A DNA stretch of 64,000 nt from assembly GCA_020350425.1 (NCBI GenBank), contig CP070716.1:1232564-1296563 (forward strand), written 5' to 3'. Both the position numbers and the translations under genes were made by a program. The notes beneath the pieces are model-generated. The model saw only the letters and a list, made by a program, of their open reading frames with translations. It ran no database searches and was not told the origin of the DNA. Of the stretch, positions 25,296 through 35,521 are shown in pieces (the stretch's first letter is position 1; each line of letters begins with the position of its first letter). Source of the stretch: Gemmatimonadota bacterium (lineage in GTDB: Bacteria; Gemmatimonadota; Gemmatimonadetes; Gemmatimonadales; GWC2-71-9).

Positions 25296-26486
25296 ATGCC
25301 AGTATTCGAGTATACCGCACGGACAGCGACGGGACAGGAAACCACGGGGACGGTTGACCTCCCCTCACGGGAGGACGTCGTCAAGCACCTTCGGCAGAAC
25401 CGGATGATGGTGATCCGGGTCCGCGAGCAGCAGAAGAGGAAGAAGGGCGGCAGGGTCCCGACCCGTGACGTCGTCATCTTCACTCGGCAGTTCGCCACGA
25501 TGATCAACTCCGGACTGCCCCTGGTGCAGGCCCTCGACATCCTGGCCCAACAGACCGAGAACAAGGTGCTTGCGGGGGTCACCCGCCAGGTCGTGTACGA
25601 CGTCGAAAGCGGCCACACCCTGGCCGACGCGTTGGACAAGCACAAGAACGCCTTCAGCCAACTCTTCGTGAACATGGTGGCTGCGGGTGAGGCCGGCGGT
25701 ATCCTCGACACCATTCTCCTCCGGCTGGCGACGTTCCTGGAAAAGAACGACGCGATCATACGGAAGGTGAAGGGCGCGATGATCTACCCTGCCGTGATCT
25801 TCTCGGTGGCGATCATTGCGGTGGTGGTGCTGCTCGTGTTCGTGATCCCGACCTTCGAGAGCATGTTCGCGTCGGTGAACCTGGAGCTGCCGCTTCCCAC
25901 GCGAGTGGTGATCGGGATGAGCCAGCTGTTGCAGGGCTTCTGGTGGCTGTTCCTGCTGTCGATAATCGCATTGTTCTTCCTGACCAAGCAGTACTATGCA
26001 ACGGAGGGCGGCCGGCTGAACATCGACAGAGCGCTGCTGAGTATGCCGGTGCTGGGCGATTTGCTGCGCAAGGCTGCGGTATCGCGCTTCACGCGCACGC
26101 TGAGCACTCTGTTGTCGTCGGGCGTCTCGATCCTCGAGGGCCTGGAGATCACGGCGCGGACCGCCGGTAATCAGGTGATCCACAACGCCGTGATGGAGTC
26201 ACGGGGCTCGATCGCCGGTGGTGAGACGATCGCCTCGCCGCTGGAGAAGTCGGGAGTGTTCCCGCCGATGGTGACCTCGATGATCGCGGTGGGTGAGGCC
26301 ACTGGTGGCTTGGACGAGATGCTCAGCAAGATCGCCGACTTCTACGACGACGAGGTGGACGCGGCCGTGAGCGCGCTCCTCTCGTTGATGGAGCCGGTCA
26401 TGATCGTCGTCCTCGGCGTGGTCGTGGGCGGCATGATCGTGGCGATGTACCTGCCGATCTTCGACATGATCAACGCGGTACAATAA
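25296..26486 (+). CDS. pilC: Type IV pilus platform protein PilC (GspF family)
   Basis: Two GspF repeats (FTRQFATMINSGLPL.., FTRTLSTLLSSGVSI..), 3 TM, 396 aa. Confidence 0.9.
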   Translation: MPVFEYTARTATGQETTGTVDLPSREDVVKHLRQNRMMVIRVREQQKRKKGGRVPTRDVVIFTRQFATMINSGLPLVQALDILAQQTENKVLAGVTRQVVYDVESGHTLADALDKHKNAFSQLFVNMVAAGEAGGILDTILLRLATFLEKNDAIIRKVKGAMIYPAVIFSVAIIAVVVLLVFVIPTFESMFASVNLELPLPTRVVIGMSQLLQGFWWLFLLSIIALFFLTKQYYATEGGRLNIDRALLSMPVLGDLLRKAAVSRFTRTLSTLLSSGVSILEGLEITARTAGNQVIHNAVMESRGSIAGGETIASPLEKSGVFPPMVTSMIAVGEATGGLDEMLSKIADFYDDEVDAAVSALLSLMEPVMIVVLGVVVGGMIVAMYLPIFDMINAVQ

Positions 26487-26498
26487 TCGAGAATACAC

Positions 26499-26537
26499 GG
26501 AGGCCCGCGTCCCGCTGGACGTGGGCCTCCCGTTTTT
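26499..26537 (+). terminator. Rho-independent terminator after pilC
   Basis: GGAGGCCCGCGTCC-cgct-GGACGTGGGCCTCC (14-bp stem, one G.U pair) followed by CGTTTTT. Confidence 0.7.
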
Positions 26538-26628
26538 CGCGGTCGCCCCGAGTGGCGGTGACCGGCCCAACGCGGGGGCGTGAGACCGCGAGACACGGCA
26601 GTAGCGAGCAACGGATAGGGGAGACGTG

Positions 26629-26841
26629 ATGCGTGTCACTGGGAAGGTGAAGTGGTTCAATGACGCCAAGGGCTTTGGGTTCATCACGCCCGATGAGGGC
26701 AACCGCGATTGCTTCGTCCACTACTCGGCCATCGAAGGCAGCGGGTTCCGCTCGCTGGCCGAGGGTGAGCGCGTCGAGTTCGACATGGTGGATGGTGAAA
26801 AGGGACCGGCGGCACAGAACGTCGCCAAGCTGCCGGAGTAG
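26629..26841 (+). CDS. cspA: Cold-shock protein (CspA family)
   Basis: [33 protein letters not shown] carries the RNP1/RNP2 motifs. GGGGAG RBS 5 nt upstream. The track start at 26626 is a GTG one codon earlier. Confidence 0.9.
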   Translation: MRVTGKVKWFNDAKGFGFITPDEGNRDCFVHYSAIEGSGFRSLAEGERVEFDMVDGEKGPAAQNVAKLPE

Positions 26842-26869
26842 AGACGGAATCTGAATGCAGAAGAGTGAC

Positions 26870-26894
26870 AGGCCGGCCCCACCAGGGCCGGCCT
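26870..26894 (+). terminator. Hairpin after cspA (candidate terminator)
   Basis: AGGCCGGCCC-caccа-GGGCCGGCCT type: 10-bp perfect stem (26870-26879 / 26885-26894), 5-nt loop, weak U-tract (CCTTGT). Confidence 0.45.
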
Positions 26895-26939
26895 CCTTGT
26901 CTGGGGCGGACGTCGTGAACCGCCCGCACGGCGGGTGAG

Positions 26940-28418
26940 ATGTTCGAGGCAGCCGAAGTCGGCAGCGCGCTCGACAAGGCGACCTACAAGCAGGAGCTCC
27001 CCGGTCTCCGCTCCGAGTTGCTGCGGGTGCAGCGGGACATCGCCGCCTCCGGACTCGGGCCGGTCGTCATCGTCGGAGGGGTCGAGGGCGTCGGCAAGGG
27101 TGAGGTGATGAACACCCTCCTCGAGTGGATGGACGCTCGGGGGGTCGAGGCCCACGCGTTCGGAGATCCGACGACCGAGGAGCAGGAGCGACCACGCTAT
27201 TGGCGCTTCTGGCGCGTGCTGCCACCGCGCGGGAAGATGGCCGTCCTCCTGGGCTCGTGGTACACCGATCCTATCGTCGATCGCGTCTTCGGGCGCATCG
27301 ATGAGGTGTCCTACGAGCGAGAGATGCGTCGGATCAGAGACTTCGAGCGCATGCTGGCGTTCGAGGGCGTCCCCGTGATCAAGTTCTGGCTGCACGTCGC
27401 GAAGGCGGAGTATGAGAAGCGGCTCCGGAAGGCCAGGAAGGACCCCGAGAAGCAGTGGCGCATCTCCAAGCGCACCTTGAAGTTCGCCAAGCGATACGAC
27501 GACTTTCGGCCGGTCTCGGAAGAGGCCCTGCGGCTCACCAGTACCGGGGTCGCTCCCTGGCACATCGTCGAGGCCCAGGACGAGCGGTATCGGGATTACA
27601 CCGTCGCCACGACGCTGGTACGGGGACTGCGGGAAGCGCTGGAGGAAGCGGGGGCGCGTCGCGCCGGCGAGGAGCAGCAGGTCGTGCTCCCGGATCCGCC
27701 GACGGTCAACGTCATCCGGCAGCTCGATCTCACCCAGCAGATTCCCCGCAAGGAGTACGTGCGCAAGCGCAACCGCAGCCAGGCGCGGCTGGGACGCCTG
27801 GTCCGTGAGCTGCACGCGTCCGAGCACTCGATGATCCTCGTGTTCGAGGGGCCCGACGCGGCGGGGAAGGGTGGCACGATCCGCCGCCTCACGGCGGTGA
27901 TGGACGCGCGCTTCTACCGCGTGCGCTCCGTGTCCGCCCCCACCGACGAGGAAGCGGCGCACCCGTACCTGTGGCGCTTCTGGCGCGACCTCCCGCGGCG
28001 CGGACACGTCACGATCTACGATCGCTCCTGGTACGGTAGGGTCCTGGTCGAGCGCATCGAGGGGTTTGCCGCGCGCGACGACTGGCAGCGGGCGTATGCC
28101 GAGATCAACGAGTTCGAGGCGCAGCTCGGCGAAGCCGGGACCATCGTGCTCAAGTTCTGGCTGGCGATCTCCCCTGAGGAACAGCTGCGCCGGTTCGAGG
28201 ATCGGGAGACCACGCCGTACAAGCAGTACAAGCTGACGCGAGAAGACTGGCGCAACCGCAAGAAGTGGGATGCCTACGAGGCCGCCGCCTGCGACATGAT
28301 CGAGCGAACCAGCACCGACCAGGCGCCGTGGATCCTGGTGCCTGCGGAGGACAAGCGCTTGGCTCGAGTGGAGGTGCTGCGGGCGGTGAGCAAGCGCCTG
28401 AGCCGGGAACTCACCTAG
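26940..28418 (+). CDS. pap: Two-domain PPK2 family enzyme (polyphosphate:AMP phosphotransferase type)
   Basis: 492 aa with two PPK2 repeats. N-domain has a degenerate P-loop (GGVEGVGKGEV), C-domain a canonical one (FEGPDAAGKGGTIRRL). The SWY..V..R motif occurs twice. Confidence 0.85.
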   Translation: MFEAAEVGSALDKATYKQELPGLRSELLRVQRDIAASGLGPVVIVGGVEGVGKGEVMNTLLEWMDARGVEAHAFGDPTTEEQERPRYWRFWRVLPPRGKMAVLLGSWYTDPIVDRVFGRIDEVSYEREMRRIRDFERMLAFEGVPVIKFWLHVAKAEYEKRLRKARKDPEKQWRISKRTLKFAKRYDDFRPVSEEALRLTSTGVAPWHIVEAQDERYRDYTVATTLVRGLREALEEAGARRAGEEQQVVLPDPPTVNVIRQLDLTQQIPRKEYVRKRNRSQARLGRLVRELHASEHSMILVFEGPDAAGKGGTIRRLTAVMDARFYRVRSVSAPTDEEAAHPYLWRFWRDLPRRGHVTIYDRSWYGRVLVERIEGFAARDDWQRAYAEINEFEAQLGEAGTIVLKFWLAISPEEQLRRFEDRETTPYKQYKLTREDWRNRKKWDAYEAAACDMIERTSTDQAPWILVPAEDKRLARVEVLRAVSKRLSRELT

Positions 28419-28645
28419 GGTGGGCGGGCGGTCACCCCGCCCGACGGCTGGAACTCATTGACTCACAGTCACTTACCTAATCGTCGCCCGCTCCCCGCGG
28501 TGCTTTCGGAGCCGGTCGCGGGCAACGGTGTCGCGATTGTGGCCTAAGACACCGATTCGCCAGGCGAAACGGGAGATCTTGGGTCTTGCATTTCGAACGA
28601 GCGGGGGTGTTGCATCTTGCCAGAGTCGGCGGGAGGTTTGAATTC

Positions 28646-30325
28646 ATGCGCTGGATGATGGGGCGCACCCGCCCGCGTGGCGCCCCGCGGCAAACCGTTG
28701 GAGGCATCCCGTCGCCCCGAGGGATCCTGCGATGGATCTACTTGGGCCGGGTCACCGTAGCCATCGTGGTGTTCGTGGCCGCGGCGGTCTACTTCGCCGC
28801 GGTGCCGCCCGAGACGATCCTGATCCTCGCCATCGCGGCCATCTTGAGCGTCGTCGTGACCTCGCTGTCGGCGTGGTATACGCACGTCCGGGGGGCGGAG
28901 CCGGGCGTGACGTTCCTCTACTCCCAGGCCCTGTTCGACCTGGGGTTGGTCACCACCGTGGTGCACGTGACCGAGGGTCCCGCCAGCCAGTTCCCGGCCC
29001 TCTACATCCTGGTGATCGCAGTGGCCGCGGTCGTGATGCCGCTCGGATCGAGCCTGCTGATTACCGCGCTGGCGAGCCTGCTGTACCTGGCCGACATCAT
29101 CTGGTGGCAGCCGGTGCAGTTGTCGGTGGCCGTCTGGCTTCAGATAGCGGTGTTCGTGGCCGTGTTCACCGCCACGGGCCTGATCGCGAGCCGCGTGCGC
29201 GTCGTGGGAGCCGAGCGGGAGATCCTGCAGCGAGAGGTGCGGCGCCTCACGCTTGAAGCGGCAGATATTCTGCGCAACATCACGAGCGGCGTGGTGACCG
29301 TGGACGGTGATGGGCGGGTGCTCTACGCCAACCCTGCTGCGGTGGAGCTGCTCAATCTCCAGGGCCCGATGATCCGAGGCGAGCGCCTCAAGGACGTGGT
29401 GGGAGTCAGCGCGCCGGAGCTGCTTCAGACCATTGCGCTCACCCAATCAGGCGGACAGCGAACGCTGCGGGCGGAAGGCAAGGTCTCGGTGGGCGACCGC
29501 CGGTTCCCCATCGGAGTCACGACGACGAGCATCGACGATGGCGGGGCCAGGCCATCGGTGACTGCCATCTTCACCGACATCTCCGATCAAAAGCGACTCG
29601 AGGAGATGCACCTGCGTACGGAGCGGCTCGAGGCCGTGGCGGAGTTGTCCGCCTCGCTGGCCCACGAGATCAAGAACCCCTTGGCGTCGATTCGTTCCTC
29701 GATCGAGCAGCTCGGGGACGCCGCCCAGGACGAAGAGGAGCAGTTCCTCGTGCAGCTGGTGGTGCGTGAGAGCGATCGGCTGAGCCGGCTGCTGACCGAG
29801 TTCCTCGACTTCTCGAGGGTGCGCGTCACCGATTCCCGCGAGCTCGATCTGGGGGCGGTGGCTGAGAAGGCCGCCGACGTGGTGCGCAACCACCCGGACT
29901 GCGGGGACGGGGCCGTGATCGAGGTCATCCGGCGGCCAGCCTTCCTCGAGGGAGACGAGGATCTGCTGCACCGCGTGATCGTGAACCTGGCGCTCAACGC
30001 GGTCCAGGCCAGCGACGGGCACGGTCGGGTGACGATCGAGGTGCGAGAGGCACGGCCCGACGAGCTGCCCCGCGGACTGCCCATGGGGCGGGCCGTTCTG
30101 TTGAAGGTCTCTGACGAAGGGCCGGGCATTCCGAAGGATCTCGCGGAACGGCTCTTCGAGCCGTTCGTCAGTGGCCGCACCGGGGGCTCGGGTCTTGGGC
30201 TCGCCATCGCGCAGCGCGCGGTGGAGGCCCACCGAGGGGTGATTCTGGTCGAGTCGATGCCCGGTGAAGGCACGGCGTTCAGCGTGGTGCTGCCGAGCGG
30301 TGGGACAACGGAGGAAACGGCATGA
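28646..30325 (+). CDS. pilS: PilS-like sensor histidine kinase
   Basis: ATG 28646 preceded by GGGAGG. Multi-TM N-terminus, PAS-like segment, H-box ELSASLAHEIKNPLASI, N/G boxes (LNAVQAS, DEGPGI, GGSGLGLAI). The track start at 28586 is a TTG with no RBS. Confidence 0.75.
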   Translation: MRWMMGRTRPRGAPRQTVGGIPSPRGILRWIYLGRVTVAIVVFVAAAVYFAAVPPETILILAIAAILSVVVTSLSAWYTHVRGAEPGVTFLYSQALFDLGLVTTVVHVTEGPASQFPALYILVIAVAAVVMPLGSSLLITALASLLYLADIIWWQPVQLSVAVWLQIAVFVAVFTATGLIASRVRVVGAEREILQREVRRLTLEAADILRNITSGVVTVDGDGRVLYANPAAVELLNLQGPMIRGERLKDVVGVSAPELLQTIALTQSGGQRTLRAEGKVSVGDRRFPIGVTTTSIDDGGARPSVTAIFTDISDQKRLEEMHLRTERLEAVAELSASLAHEIKNPLASIRSSIEQLGDAAQDEEEQFLVQLVVRESDRLSRLLTEFLDFSRVRVTDSRELDLGAVAEKAADVVRNHPDCGDGAVIEVIRRPAFLEGDEDLLHRVIVNLALNAVQASDGHGRVTIEVREARPDELPRGLPMGRAVLLKVSDEGPGIPKDLAERLFEPFVSGRTGGSGLGLAIAQRAVEAHRGVILVESMPGEGTAFSVVLPSGGTTEETA

Positions 30326-31704
30326 GGCTTTCCAGGCCAAGCATTCTGATCATCGACGATGAATCCGGTATTCTGGATACGCTGCGGATTCTCCTCAAGA
30401 ACCAAGGCTTCACGCCGCTGACGGCGCAGGGGGGGAGAGCCGGGCTGGATGCACTGCGGGCGTCGCCGCCCGACATCGTACTGACCGATGTGCGGATGCC
30501 GCAGGTGTCGGGCATCGACATCCTGGAGGCGGCTCGCGAGCAGGACCCGGAGCTGCCGGTCATCCTGATGACGGCCCAGGCGTCCCTGCAATCGGCGATC
30601 CAGGCGGTGAACCAGGGGGCGTTCTACTACATCCAGAAGCCGTTTTCCAACGACGACCTGCTCGCGATCTGCCGGCGGGCGGCCGAGTACCGCCAGCTGC
30701 GCACCGAGAACAAGAGTCTCAAGCGGGAGATTCGGAAGCGGGAGCGGTCCAACTCCATCAAGCCCATCGGCAACGCCAAGCCGTTCATGGAAGTGCTGCA
30801 GCTGGCCGAGCAGGTGGCGCCCACGGAGTCCACGGTATTGATCCTGGGTGAGAGCGGCACGGGCAAAGAGTTAGTCGCGCGCTACATCCACGAACTGTCC
30901 GAGCGGAGCGAGGGCCCGTTCTTCTCGATCAACTGCGGCGCCCTGCCTGAGAGCCTCCTGGAGTCAGAGCTGTTCGGGCACGTCAAGGGGTCCTTCACGG
31001 GAGCCGTGCGCGACAAGCAGGGGCTCTTCGCAGCGGCGCGGGGCGGCACCTTCTTCCTCGACGAGATTGCCGAAACGCAGCCCTCGACGCAGGTGAAGCT
31101 GCTGCGCGTCCTCCAGGAGCGGGAGGCGCTGCCCGTGGGTGGCACCGAGCCGGTACCGGTGGACGTGCGCGTGCTGGCGGCCACGAACCGCGACCTCGAC
31201 GAAGCGATGCGCCAGGGCACGTTCCGGTCCGACCTGTACTACCGACTCAACGTGATCTCGATGCGGCTTCCGCCGCTACGGGAGCGGCGTGAGGATATCC
31301 CGGTGCTCGCCGAGGCATTCCTGGAGCGGATCGCACGCGATCGAAACCAGTCGGTCAAGAGCTTGTCACAAGAGGCGTTGGACGCCGTCATGGCCTACGA
31401 CTGGCCCGGCAATGTGCGCGAGCTGGAGAACGCCCTCGAACACGCCGTCCTGCTGAGCGCCGGTGGGGTGGTCGCAGGGACGGCGCTGCCGGATCGGGTG
31501 CTCTCGAGGGAGGCGAGGCCGCTCATCACGGAGCGCGCACCGCACAACCCCACGATGGACGTGATCGAGCGGGCGTACATCCTCTGGGTGCTTCAGGCCG
31601 AGGGGGGCAACAAGACGCGTGCCGCCGAAGTGCTGGGTATCGATCCGTCCACACTCTATCGCAAGCTGGCCCGCTACGAGGCTGAAGGCCTCGCCGTGCA
31701 GTAA
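30322..31704 (+). CDS. pilR: PilR-like sigma54-dependent response regulator (NtrC family)
   Basis: ATGA overlap with the kinase gene. Canonical receiver (IIDDE...DIVLTDVRMP...QKP), AAA+ GESGTGKE / GAFTGA-type loop (GSFTGA), C-terminal Fis-type HTH. Confidence 0.85.
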   Translation: MRLSRPSILIIDDESGILDTLRILLKNQGFTPLTAQGGRAGLDALRASPPDIVLTDVRMPQVSGIDILEAAREQDPELPVILMTAQASLQSAIQAVNQGAFYYIQKPFSNDDLLAICRRAAEYRQLRTENKSLKREIRKRERSNSIKPIGNAKPFMEVLQLAEQVAPTESTVLILGESGTGKELVARYIHELSERSEGPFFSINCGALPESLLESELFGHVKGSFTGAVRDKQGLFAAARGGTFFLDEIAETQPSTQVKLLRVLQEREALPVGGTEPVPVDVRVLAATNRDLDEAMRQGTFRSDLYYRLNVISMRLPPLRERREDIPVLAEAFLERIARDRNQSVKSLSQEALDAVMAYDWPGNVRELENALEHAVLLSAGGVVAGTALPDRVLSREARPLITERAPHNPTMDVIERAYILWVLQAEGGNKTRAAEVLGIDPSTLYRKLARYEAEGLAVQ

Positions 31705-31712
31705 GGAGCCCC

Positions 31713-34700
31713 GTGAGACCGCTTCTCTATCTCGTCTTCATCCTGTCCGGGGCTGCCGGCCTCGTGTACGAGTCCATCTGGGCTCGGTACCTGGGCCTGT
31801 TCGTCGGCCACGCCGCATACGCCCAGATCCTCACCATCGGGATATTCCTGGGTGGCATGGCGCTGGGGGCCATGCTAGTGGGCTCCCGTACCGAGCGCCT
31901 GGCGGACCCGCTGCGGTGGTACGCCCTGATCGAGCTGGCCGTGGGAGCGGTGGGGCTCTTCTTCCACGAGATCTACGGTGGCGTGACCGGCTTCGCGTAC
32001 GACACGCTCTTCCCCGTGGTGGGAAACGGCGTGCTCCTCACGCTGACGAAGTGGGTCATCGCGGGCAGCCTGATCTTGCCGCAGTCCATTCTCCTGGGAA
32101 CGACCTTCCCGCTGATGGGCGCGGGAGTCCTCCGGCGCTACGCGGCGAATCCCGGCCGCACGCTGGCCGTCCTGTACTTCGCCAACAGCCTCGGGGCCGC
32201 GGTCGGCGTCGTGATCGCTGGGTTTTATCTCCTTCAGGCGGTGGGGCTGCCAGGCACGCTGCTCGTCGCGGCGATGCTCAACCTGGTGGCGGCACTGGGG
32301 AGCGGCTTCGTCGCCCAGCGCACGCCGCTGCGCGGCGCGGTGCGTGAGCCGGCGCCGGCGCAAGCGATGCCGGTTGCCGTCACAGACGCCGCCGCGTTGC
32401 GACAGCAGCAGTTGGTGCTGCTCCTGCTGGGCGTGAGCTTCGGGACTGCCGTGGCTTCGTTCATTTATGAGATCGCCTGGCTGCGCATGCTCGCGCTCGT
32501 GCTGGGGAGCGCCACGCACTCCTTCGAGCTCATGCTGTCGGCGTTCATCCTCGGTCTCGCGCTGGGCTCGCTCTGGGTCCGGCGGCGTGCCGACCGGTGG
32601 AGCAAGCCGCTTCGTGCCCTGGGTATCGTGCAGTGGGTGATGGGGTTCTCGGCGCTCGCGACGCTTCCGCTGTACGGACAGTCGTTCGCGTGGATGGCCG
32701 ACCTCATGCAGTCGTTTGCCAGAACGGAGGGGGGCTACGAGGGCTTCACGATGGCGCGGTACGCGTTGTGCCTGGCGGTGATGCTGCCGTCCACGTTCTG
32801 CGCCGGCATCACGCTGCCGCTCATCACGCGCACGTTGCTCACCAGCGCCACCGGCGAACGCGCCATCGGCTCCGTGTACGGCGTGAACACGCTCGGGTCC
32901 ATTGTGGGGGTTGCCGTGGCGGGGCTGGTCCTGATGCCGTTGCTTGGGGTGCGGCTGCTTCTGGTGTTCGGTGCGACGCTCGACATGGCGCTCGGCGTGG
33001 GAATCCTCTGGGTAGTAGCCGGCGCGAAGCCCCGCGCTCGGCAACTGGCCTACGGTGCGCTGGCCGCGACCGCACTCGTCACCGTGGTCGTGGCCGCGCA
33101 ACGCGGCTTCGACCGGCGGATGCTCGCCAGCGGCGTGTTCCGCAACGGGCGGTTGGACGGCGAGACGCGTGAGGTGCTCTACTACCGGGACGGTCGTACC
33201 GCCACCGTGGCCGCATGGCGCCATACGGAGAACGGCGTCACGGCGCTCGCCACCAACGGCAAGGTCGACGGGTCGGTGCCGGGGCACTGGCTGGTGGCGT
33301 GCTCGGACTCCACGGTGCGCGAGCCGCTGTACACCGACATCTCCACCCAGACGCTCGCCCCGCTCATTACCCTGGCGCACGCGCCGCGCGCGCGGATCGC
33401 AGCGGTGGTAGGGCACGGAACCGGGATGTCGTCACAGATCATGCTGGCGAACACCGAACTCCAGCGAGTGACGACTATCGAGATCGAGCCGGAGATGCTC
33501 GCCGCCTCTCGCGCCCTGTATCCCACGAACGCGAGGGTCTTCGACGACCCGCGGTCGCACATCGTGATCGAAGATGCACGGGCATTCCTGTCGGCGACGG
33601 AGGAGAAGTACGACATCATTCTCTCCGAGCCCTCCAATCCGTGGGTGAGTGGCGTGGCGAGCCTCTTCACCGGCGAGTTCTATCGCCGGATCGCGCAGTC
33701 GCTGGCGGAGGGCGGCGTGTTCGGCCAGTGGATCCATCTCTACGAGCTGAACGACGGCCTCGTGATGAGCGTCATCGCCGCGGTGCACCGGACGTTTCCC
33801 TCCTATGAGGTCTTTCTGACGGCGCGGGGAGACATGCTGATCGTGGCCGCCGCCTCGGAGAGCCTGCCGGCTCCCGATTGGTCGATTCTCGAGTGGCCAG
33901 CGATTCAGGAGGACTTCTGCCACGCCGTGGCGCCGACCGCGGAGATGATGGAGGCCACGCGGCTGACGCACAGGACGGTGTTGGCGGCGCTGCTCGACGG
34001 CTGGCAGCAGCCGAACTCCGACTTCTATCCGGTGCTCGACCTCGGTGCGGAGCGCGCGCGGTACCAAAACCAATACGCTCGAGGGGTCGGCGATCTCGCG
34101 ACGCGGCGAATCGATATCGCCGCGGCCATCTCGCTGCGTCGTGTGCAGCCGATCGCCGCCGGCGCGATGCCGTTGACCGACGTTCCTCGGGTGCAGGCGC
34201 TGGTCCTGGCGGGTGCCCTTCGCGATGCCCGGGCGGGTGACGGGGTGGACACCGCGGTCACGCTCGCCGGCCTCGAAGACGCCCGGTTCCGCCAGCTGCG
34301 GTGGGACGCCATCCTGGGTGCAGACGATCCGCCTACGGATTGGAGGCGCTGGCTCGGGGAGCTATTGGCGGTGGAGCGGGATCGGCACGGCGGCACGTAC
34401 GGCTACATCGACGAGTCGCTGCTGCAGCCGGCGCTGCGGTACCTCGATCGGCACGACGCGCCCGCCGAGGCGCGTTGGGTGGTGGACTTCTACTTCGGGC
34501 TTGCCGGGTGGAACTTCGGGGTGGCCGCCGCCGCCGCCGACGCCCTGTTCCAGGCAGGGGCGCAGGATGGCGGCTGGATCTCTCGGGAGGATCTCGCGGA
34601 GGGGGGCGTGATCGCGAAATTGCGGACCGGAGACGTGGCTGGCGCCCGGCACCTGTATGATGAATTGACGTCAGACGTCGCGGATCGGGAGCGGTACCTC

Positions 34701-34757
34701 CGCCTGCAGCTCCTCGACGCCTATCTGCATGTCTTCTCGAACGGACCCGCGCGATGA
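31713..34757 (+). CDS. Fused polytopic membrane domain / spermidine-synthase-like (class I SAM-MTase fold) protein with extra C-terminal domain, 1014 aa
   Basis: GTG 31713 lies 8 nt after pilR, after AAGGAG. About 480 aa of TM helices, then [10 protein letters not shown]...[25 protein letters not shown] (spermidine synthase-type core), then ~300 aa unassigned. Confidence 0.7.
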   Translation: MRPLLYLVFILSGAAGLVYESIWARYLGLFVGHAAYAQILTIGIFLGGMALGAMLVGSRTERLADPLRWYALIELAVGAVGLFFHEIYGGVTGFAYDTLFPVVGNGVLLTLTKWVIAGSLILPQSILLGTTFPLMGAGVLRRYAANPGRTLAVLYFANSLGAAVGVVIAGFYLLQAVGLPGTLLVAAMLNLVAALGSGFVAQRTPLRGAVREPAPAQAMPVAVTDAAALRQQQLVLLLLGVSFGTAVASFIYEIAWLRMLALVLGSATHSFELMLSAFILGLALGSLWVRRRADRWSKPLRALGIVQWVMGFSALATLPLYGQSFAWMADLMQSFARTEGGYEGFTMARYALCLAVMLPSTFCAGITLPLITRTLLTSATGERAIGSVYGVNTLGSIVGVAVAGLVLMPLLGVRLLLVFGATLDMALGVGILWVVAGAKPRARQLAYGALAATALVTVVVAAQRGFDRRMLASGVFRNGRLDGETREVLYYRDGRTATVAAWRHTENGVTALATNGKVDGSVPGHWLVACSDSTVREPLYTDISTQTLAPLITLAHAPRARIAAVVGHGTGMSSQIMLANTELQRVTTIEIEPEMLAASRALYPTNARVFDDPRSHIVIEDARAFLSATEEKYDIILSEPSNPWVSGVASLFTGEFYRRIAQSLAEGGVFGQWIHLYELNDGLVMSVIAAVHRTFPSYEVFLTARGDMLIVAAASESLPAPDWSILEWPAIQEDFCHAVAPTAEMMEATRLTHRTVLAALLDGWQQPNSDFYPVLDLGAERARYQNQYARGVGDLATRRIDIAAAISLRRVQPIAAGAMPLTDVPRVQALVLAGALRDARAGDGVDTAVTLAGLEDARFRQLRWDAILGADDPPTDWRRWLGELLAVERDRHGGTYGYIDESLLQPALRYLDRHDAPAEARWVVDFYFGLAGWNFGVAAAAADALFQAGAQDGGWISREDLAEGGVIAKLRTGDVAGARHLYDELTSDVADRERYLRLQLLDAYLHVFSNGPAR

Positions 34758-35521
34758 GCCTTCGACGACGGAGAGAGCACTACCGCGCCGTACCCCTCCC
34801 GGATGACTGGAACGACCTCGTGGTGACCGCGGTCGTGCCCGCGTTCAATGAGGAGCACACGATCGAGCAGAGCCTGCGGCGGATCCGGGAGGTCCCGCTG
34901 AGGGTCGAGATCGTCGTGGTGAACGACGGATCGTCCGACCGCACGGGGGAGGTCCTCGACCGGCTCGAGCAGGAGGGGCTTGTCGACCGCGTCATCCATC
35001 AGCCCAAGAACAGGGGCAAGGGGGCCGCGGTGCGCGCGGGGATCGCGGCGGCCACGGGACACGTGATCGTGATCCAGGATGCCGACCTCGAGTACGATCC
35101 GATGGAGTACCCGACGCTCCTCGAGCCGATCAGGCTCGACCGGGCCGATGCGGTGTTCGGTTCCCGGTTCCAGTCTGGGCCGCGGCGGGTGCTGTACTTC
35201 TGGCACTCCGTGGGAAATCGCTTCCTCACGCTCCTCTCCAACATGCTCACGGACCTGAACCTCACCGATATGGAGACCTGCTACAAGATGGTCCGCGCCG
35301 ATCTCATGAAGGCGCTGCCGCTCGTCTCCAAGCGCTTCGGGATCGAGCCGGAGCTCACCGCCCGACTGTCGCAGGCGGGCGCTCGCATCTGGGAGGTGCC
35401 GATCAGCTACAGCGGGCGTACGTACGCCGAGGGCAAGAAGATCGACTGGCGGGACGGCGTCGCCGCCATCTGGCACATCCTGCGCTTCAACTTCTTGCCG
35501 TCACGACCGAAGACGCGGTGA
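34754..35521 (+). CDS. GT2 glycosyltransferase, polyprenyl-phosphate sugar synthase-like (DPM1/GtrB/ArnC type)
   Basis: ATGA overlap with the upstream gene. VVPAFNEE...[11 protein letters not shown]...NRGKGAAV...DADLEYDP. Confidence 0.8.
   Translation: MSLRRRREHYRAVPLPDDWNDLVVTAVVPAFNEEHTIEQSLRRIREVPLRVEIVVVNDGSSDRTGEVLDRLEQEGLVDRVIHQPKNRGKGAAVRAGIAAATGHVIVIQDADLEYDPMEYPTLLEPIRLDRADAVFGSRFQSGPRRVLYFWHSVGNRFLTLLSNMLTDLNLTDMETCYKMVRADLMKALPLVSKRFGIEPELTARLSQAGARIWEVPISYSGRTYAEGKKIDWRDGVAAIWHILRFNFLPSRPKTR

Noticed and set aside
28419-28645. Long intergenic regions (also 39366-39603 and 58969-59181) as possible tRNA/sRNA genes
   Set aside because: No cloverleaf-compatible arms or a GTTCGAATC-type T-loop were seen. 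The regions are better explained as promoter/leader regions. An sRNA cannot be excluded without expression data.
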